Source: Pachysolen tannophilus NRRL Y-2460 (taxonomy: Eukaryota). From it: a DNA stretch of 64,000 nucleotides. Shown here one piece after another: positions 58,746 to 64,000 of this stretch (the first letter of the stretch is position 1; each line of letters begins with the position of its first letter). A program made the position numbers and the translations under genes. A model generated the notes under the pieces. It made no database searches, was not told the DNA's origin, and saw nothing but the letters and a program-made list of their open reading frames with translations. The stretch is from positions 1,074,848 to 1,138,847 of the forward strand of contig KV454012.1 of NCBI GenBank assembly GCA_001661245.1, read 5' to 3'.

Positions 58746-59771
58746 TTATATTTTCCCAATTAACAGTTCTAAAGCAAGAGGTAAAGTAATTGCAGCATCA
58801 CCTTTGAATGCCCATCCCTGATACTCTCCCTTTGCATTTTTATTCTCTACCGTTTCCATATCCGGAATTTCAGTATTGAAAACAGCAACTTTCCCACCTT
58901 GTTGTTTGACTCTATCTATATAAGCAGCTGCAGGCCAAACACTTTGACTTGTACCTATAACGAGAATCAAATTAATTGGATCATTTTTTACTAGAAATTC
59001 ATCAACTTTATCGATAACTTTTAAAGGAAGCGGTTCACCAAACCATACTACACCTGGTCTCAATAGTCCCGTATTGCATCTAGGACAATGAGGTAGCTCT
59101 GATTCCGGAATTTCTTTCACAGGTTGAAATGAACCTTCAGAAAATTCATCCTCACAATCAGCTAATGCAGGCGTTAACGGGTGATTGTAATTTTGTTCTT
59201 CTTTAAAAGTGCACATGAAGTTAGTACAAGACAATGTAAATAAATTACCATGCAATTCCAATAATTTCTTAGGATTATGTTTAGCAATACGACTCAGGTT
59301 ATCAACATTTTGTGTAAGTGTCAAGTAATTTATATTTTCAAGATAAGATAACTTCGATAAAGCTTTATGTCCATTATTTGGCTTTGCTTTCAAAGCAGCA
59401 TGCCTTCTAAAAGTATAAAATTGCCATACTAAACCAGCATCTGTATGGAAAGCATCAGGTGTGGCCAAATCTATTGATGAATAATTCTTCCATAATCCAC
59501 CAGAACCTCTAAATGTTGGTAACCCTGATGAAGCTGAGAGACCGGCTCCACACAATGAAATGATTGATTTGCAATTCTTCAAATAATTACGAAATGATTC
59601 TAATTTATCCATAGGTATTATTGTACTATCGTCTGTTGCTGCCGATATTTTTATCGTTTGATTAATAGTATTCTTTTCCTTCCATTCTTTAGTAGTCTCT
59701 TTCACATTTTTATTTGATTCTACTATATCCACTTTTCTTCTTTTCTTAGCCTGCCCCTCATCGCTGGACAT
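58746..59771 (-). CDS. NAD-dependent sirtuin deacylase, class III (SIRT5/CobB-like)
   Basis: GAGLSASSGLPTFRG, WQFYTFRR, TQNVD, ELHG, CxxxxC and CxxC zinc sites, LRPGVVWFGE, GTS. Confidence 0.9.
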   Translation of the reverse strand: MSSDEGQAKKRRKVDIVESNKNVKETTKEWKEKNTINQTIKISAATDDSTIIPMDKLESFRNYLKNCKSIISLCGAGLSASSGLPTFRGSGGLWKNYSSIDLATPDAFHTDAGLVWQFYTFRRHAALKAKPNNGHKALSKLSYLENINYLTLTQNVDNLSRIAKHNPKKLLELHGNLFTLSCTNFMCTFKEEQNYNHPLTPALADCEDEFSEGSFQPVKEIPESELPHCPRCNTGLLRPGVVWFGEPLPLKVIDKVDEFLVKNDPINLILVIGTSQSVWPAAAYIDRVKQQGGKVAVFNTEIPDMETVENKNAKGEYQGWAFKGDAAITLPLALELLIGKI

Positions 59772-59969
59772 TCTATCTTCACAACTCTTGTATCAAACGA
59801 TATACTTCTTTCCCTGTATTAATTATGTGCTTCACTTGGACTTTGCAGCATGAATAGTAAAGAAAAATGAAAAAAAGTGAAAAAAAAAATTTCACTAGAT
59901 TAACACCATAAATTATATATTTAATACCATTTTTCCAACCAAGGTCTTGATAGTGTTCCAATAGCGATA

Positions 59970-60315
59970 ATGGGGTTAAAGCGTCATCAGATATTAACTC
60001 TTGGATTTGTAACCTGTCTTGGAATATACACAGGTGTTAAGTTCTTTGAACCAATAGTCATGTAAGTAAGAAATTTCAAGGTATTAATTATTTTAATGTC
60101 CGTGATTCAGATTAACTAACAGTTAAATTTTTCATAGTGAGCAATTGAGAAAAGATGGGAATTTGAGAAGTGATATACCGATTCCTAATTATGATGCTGA
60201 TGGGAATTTAATTATTCCTAAGGAAATAGGGGATAATCTTGGAGAAGGTTCAAAATGGGATCAGGTAAGGAAACAAAATGAACAAGATAACTCTGACGGA
60301 CGTAATGAAAGTTGA
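59970..60315 (+). CDS. ECM19: Small membrane protein Ecm19-like, 89 aa; exons 59970-60061 and 60138-60315 (absent from the ORF track)
   Basis: Intron 60062-60137 (GTAAGT, AACTAAC, TAG); spliced product ..LGIYTGVKFFEPIVIEQLRKDGNLRSDIPIPNYDADGN.. matches my recollection of Ecm19. Confidence 0.82.
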
Positions 60316-60458
60316 TTAAAAAAAAAAAAAAAAAAAAAGAAAAAAGAAAAAAAAACATTGATGGTTCACGTTTCTATGTATATATATATGAAAATATCAA
60401 TTCTGATGGGTTATTTGCATTTCTTTTTCGAAAGTCTACATAAACATAAATGAAAAAT

Positions 60459-61589
60459 TCAAACTTTACTTTGGTTTGCAAATTCTTCGTAATAATCCAA
60501 CATTTCCCTCGTTATAGTTCTACTCAAGTTTTGTAAAGCAATGTCAAAATGTCTTTTTTGAACTTTATCGGTATTATTATCTTCCATAATAGCAGCTAGT
60601 CCGGCTTCTTGGACTAATAATGCAACTTCAGCACCAGAACAACCTTCTGTTAATTCTGCTATTTCATCTAAATTTATCTGATCATCTGTTTCAATATGGA
60701 AATTCTTTGTCAATTTCGTTAAAATTTGTAGTCTAGCAGATTTATTCGGTGGGGCAACATAGATATGTCTATCCAATCTACCTGGTCTTAATAATGCTGG
60801 ATCTATAGAGTCAGGTCTATTGGTAGCACCTACAATCACGACTCCATTTAGTTCCTCAACACCGTCTATCTCGTTTAACAACGTAGTTAAGACGTGTAAA
60901 GCAGATGACGAGGATCCGCCATCACCATCAGATCTATCAGGCGATAAGGCATCTATCTCATCAAAGAATATTATTGAAGGAGATGCAGCTCTTGCCTTTC
61001 TGAAAATTTCTCTGATAGCCTTTTCTGATTCACCAACAAACTTGTTAAAAATTTCGGGACCTTTAACGGCTAGAAAATTAAGACCAGATTCAGTTGCAAG
61101 AGCTTTTGCAGTTAAAGTCTTGGAACAACCTGGTGGACCATACAAAAGTAAACCTTTTGGAGATTTGATTCCGAGTTTTTTAAAAGCATCAGCTGCTTGT
61201 AATGGCAATTCAACCATTTCTTTTAATTTTTCTTTTACAATTTCTTGACCTCCAATATCATCCCAATACACTTTTGGCATTTCTAAGAAAATTTCTCTCA
61301 TTGCTGAAGGTGTAATTTCTACTAGTGCTGATTCAACATCAGTAATGGAAACTTGTAAAGAATCATCGTAATCATCAGATACTTTACCATCGATCATTCC
61401 ACGCTTGATTGTCTTCATAACAGATTCTCTACATAATGCAGTTAAGTCAGCACCAACATAACCATGTGTCTTTGAAGCAATGTTCTTGATATCTTCCTGT
61501 GATAGACTATGTTTTTTCATTTTGGCAAATTGAATTTTTAAAATTTCAAATCTTGAATCAACATCAGGTATTCCAACTTCAATCTCTTG

Positions 61590-61622
<33 letters not shown>

Positions 61623-62870
61623 GATATTATTTGGCCTATTTGTTGCTGCGACTACAACTAGTCTTCCAGAATCACCCATTCCATCCATAAGGGTCAATAA
61701 AGTCGCCACCACCCGACTTTCAACCTCTCCAGAATCATCACTGCTCCTACTTGGAGCCAAAGAATCAATTTCATCTATAAATATTATAGAAGGTTGAAAT
61801 TTTCTTGCTTCTGAAAAAATTTCTCTTACAGCCTTTTCAGTTTGTCCTAGATATTGTGATACTATTGAAGGACCATTTATCGTTAATATGTGTGCCTCAG
61901 TTTCATTAGCAACAGCTTTCAAAAGCATAGTTTTCCCAGTACCTGGTGGTCCATATAAGAGAATACCTCTTGGTGGAGTTATTCCAAATTGTGAAAATAA
62001 TGTTGGTTTATGAAGAGGTAATTCTATAGTTGTTTTCAAGATTTCAATCTCTTTTTTCAATCCACCCATAGACAGGTATGTGATTGGGTATGGTATATTA
62101 GGATATTTGGTTCTAGAAATAGAACTTGAATTGTCTAAAAATACCTTTGTTGAGTTTTTTCTGAAAATAAAAAATGGTGATATTAATGGTAAATTTATAT
62201 CTTCGTTAGCTTGAGCTTCATCAATGTTTAACCTTGATAGCCCATTATTGATAGAATCCATGGTAGGGTCCAAATTCACATCTATTATGGAAATATAAAT
62301 TTTTTGATGATTATCAGAATTATTTTTGGTAAAAATCATTCCAGGCAGTATAATCCCAACATCATTTAAAATTGTTTCTAAAACTTCAACCGATAATGAC
62401 TCGTCAGAAACTGAAACCAAAACTGATGCTGCATATTCTATTCTTCTATTACAAGCAAAAATATTAACCTTATGACCTAATAATAGTCCCGAATAGTTTC
62501 TCAAACTCGATGAAAGTTGTATTATATTATCACCACCACCATTTGCAAAAAGTTTAACTTGCGCTATGATTGAAAATGAAGAATCCTCTTTCCGAATATG
62601 TACCAATTCATCATTCTTAAACTCATTACTGGAATTATAGATATACGCTTTCGCAAACGTAGAGTATTTACTCGATACCAATGGTCTAACAATAAAACTT
62701 TTCATCTGTACCCCATTCTCATCTCTAGTTAAACCCGACGAGAACGAAGAAGATGACGACGACGGCAGTTTCCCACTCTTTGACACCCCATTGTTTGTAC
62801 CCGCAGAAGACAGTACAGCCAGCGACGACAGCAGCTTTGTTGGTTTATTATTCAAGTTTAGCTTAGCCAT
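60459..62870 (-). CDS. AFG2: Double AAA-ATPase Afg2/Drg1 (60S biogenesis)
   Basis: Two AAA domains (GPPGTGKT; GPPGCSKTLTAKALATESG), SGEVESRVVATLLTLMDG, PSAMREIFLEMPKVYW. Confidence 0.94.
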
Positions 62871-62967
62871 TATTCCATCTGATTAAAAAGCAAAAAACCA
62901 ATAACCAATATTATCTACAACATATACTATTAAAAATACCTTAATAAAAAATTTTTTTTTTTTTTAG

Positions 62968-62978
62968 TGAAAAATTTT
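62968..62978. promoter_or_regulatory. RRPE (TGAAAAATTTT) upstream of AFG2
   Basis: Exact motif about 100 bp upstream of a ribosome biogenesis gene. Confidence 0.6.
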
Positions 62979-63346
62979 GTTTACCAAGAGATAACAGATT
63001 AAGAAACAAAATCAATTAAAACAGTTGATATTTATTGACGAGGAAGGTCTTTAATAGATCAAGATATTGTTGGAGCTTTGCCGTTTTCAAGATTTCAAGG
63101 AAGAGTAAATTTCCAATACTTTTACTAATTTTGGTTGGGGTTCTTTTAATTATTATTAGGCAAATAATAATCTGTTTTTAGTAGGTATACATATTCGTTT
63201 ACTATTGAATAATCAACAAATGAGTCAAAGTGGATAGTGATTGATTAAATATTGATACATATACATATATTTATAAGAGTTCAGGGCCAATTTTATTTAT
63301 TTATTAATTTATTTATTTAAAATAAGATAGTTTTTGTTTATTAGTT

Positions 63347-64000
63347 ATGGTTGATTTACGTGAAGTTTCGACAAAAGTATTATCTATTCAGTCACATACT
63401 GTTCATGGATATGTTGGTAATAGAGCAGTGACTTTCCCATTACAATATTTGAATTGGGATGTTGATGTCTTGAACACTGTGAATTTTTCTAATCATACAG
63501 GGTATGGACAAGTTTTTGGGACTGAAACCAGTGCCGAGCAATTATTGGAAATTTATAAAGGTTTATCAGTTATTGGTGTTGAATATGATGCTGTAATGTC
63601 TGGTTACACTCCTAATAAGGAATCTCTAAAAGCTGTTGGAGAGATTTGTAGTGATATCAAGCGGAAATATTCTAATGCTATATGGTTATTGGATCCGGTG
63701 ATGGGTGATGAAGGACAGTTATACGTGGATGAATCAGTTGTTCCTGTATATAAAGAAATTTTACAATCTGGAAAAATCGACATCATAACTCCAAACCAAT
63801 TTGAAGCAGAATTAATAGTTGGTTATGAAATTGTTGATAAATCCACTTTAAGAAAAGCACTTGATGATTTACATGATAAATTTAATATTGATCATGTTGT
63901 CATATCTTCTTTTTCTAGTGAGTTATCATCAAAGTTAAAATTAAGAGAAGATGATGAACCTTCGAAAAATGTCATTTATACTATAGTATCATCAAAGTCA
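63347..64000 (+). CDS. BUD16: Pyridoxal kinase, truncated by the window end
   Basis: KVLSIQSHTVHGYVGNRAVTFPLQ, NFSNHTGYG, WLLDPVMGDEGQLYV, ITPNQFEAE. Confidence 0.85.
   Translation, partial: MVDLREVSTKVLSIQSHTVHGYVGNRAVTFPLQYLNWDVDVLNTVNFSNHTGYGQVFGTETSAEQLLEIYKGLSVIGVEYDAVMSGYTPNKESLKAVGEICSDIKRKYSNAIWLLDPVMGDEGQLYVDESVVPVYKEILQSGKIDIITPNQFEAELIVGYEIVDKSTLRKALDDLHDKFNIDHVVISSFSSELSSKLKLREDDEPSKNVIYTIVSSKS

Overview
AT-rich budding-yeast (Saccharomycotina) genomic DNA with about 30 protein genes, one intron-containing tRNA-Lys(UUU) and three assembly gaps. CTG codons repeatedly fall on conserved Ala positions, pointing to a CUG-Ala yeast (Pachysolen-type code). Most genes are housekeeping (HAA1, REC8, LSP1, HAT1, POM33, SSA, YPT1, SND2, ACT1, RAD54, NOP9, SNF8, RPN3, RGD1, YPD1, PHO13, ALG9, NPP1, ECM19, AFG2, BUD16). 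Six are spliced and I rebuilt their exons by hand. The main anomaly is ADE12 (adenylosuccinate synthetase), which is split into two convergent halves on opposite strands. Re-inverting 45934..47112 joins them seamlessly. The orphaned 3' half also sits in frame behind an ATG that overlaps the ALG9 stop codon (TAATG). Other notable features are identical A7 -1 frameshifts in ADE12 and HAT1, a divergent actin with a 14-nt microexon, two AAG-acceptor introns in REC8 and Ssd1-like motifs upstream of the SUN gene. Homologue comparisons are from memory, not from searches.
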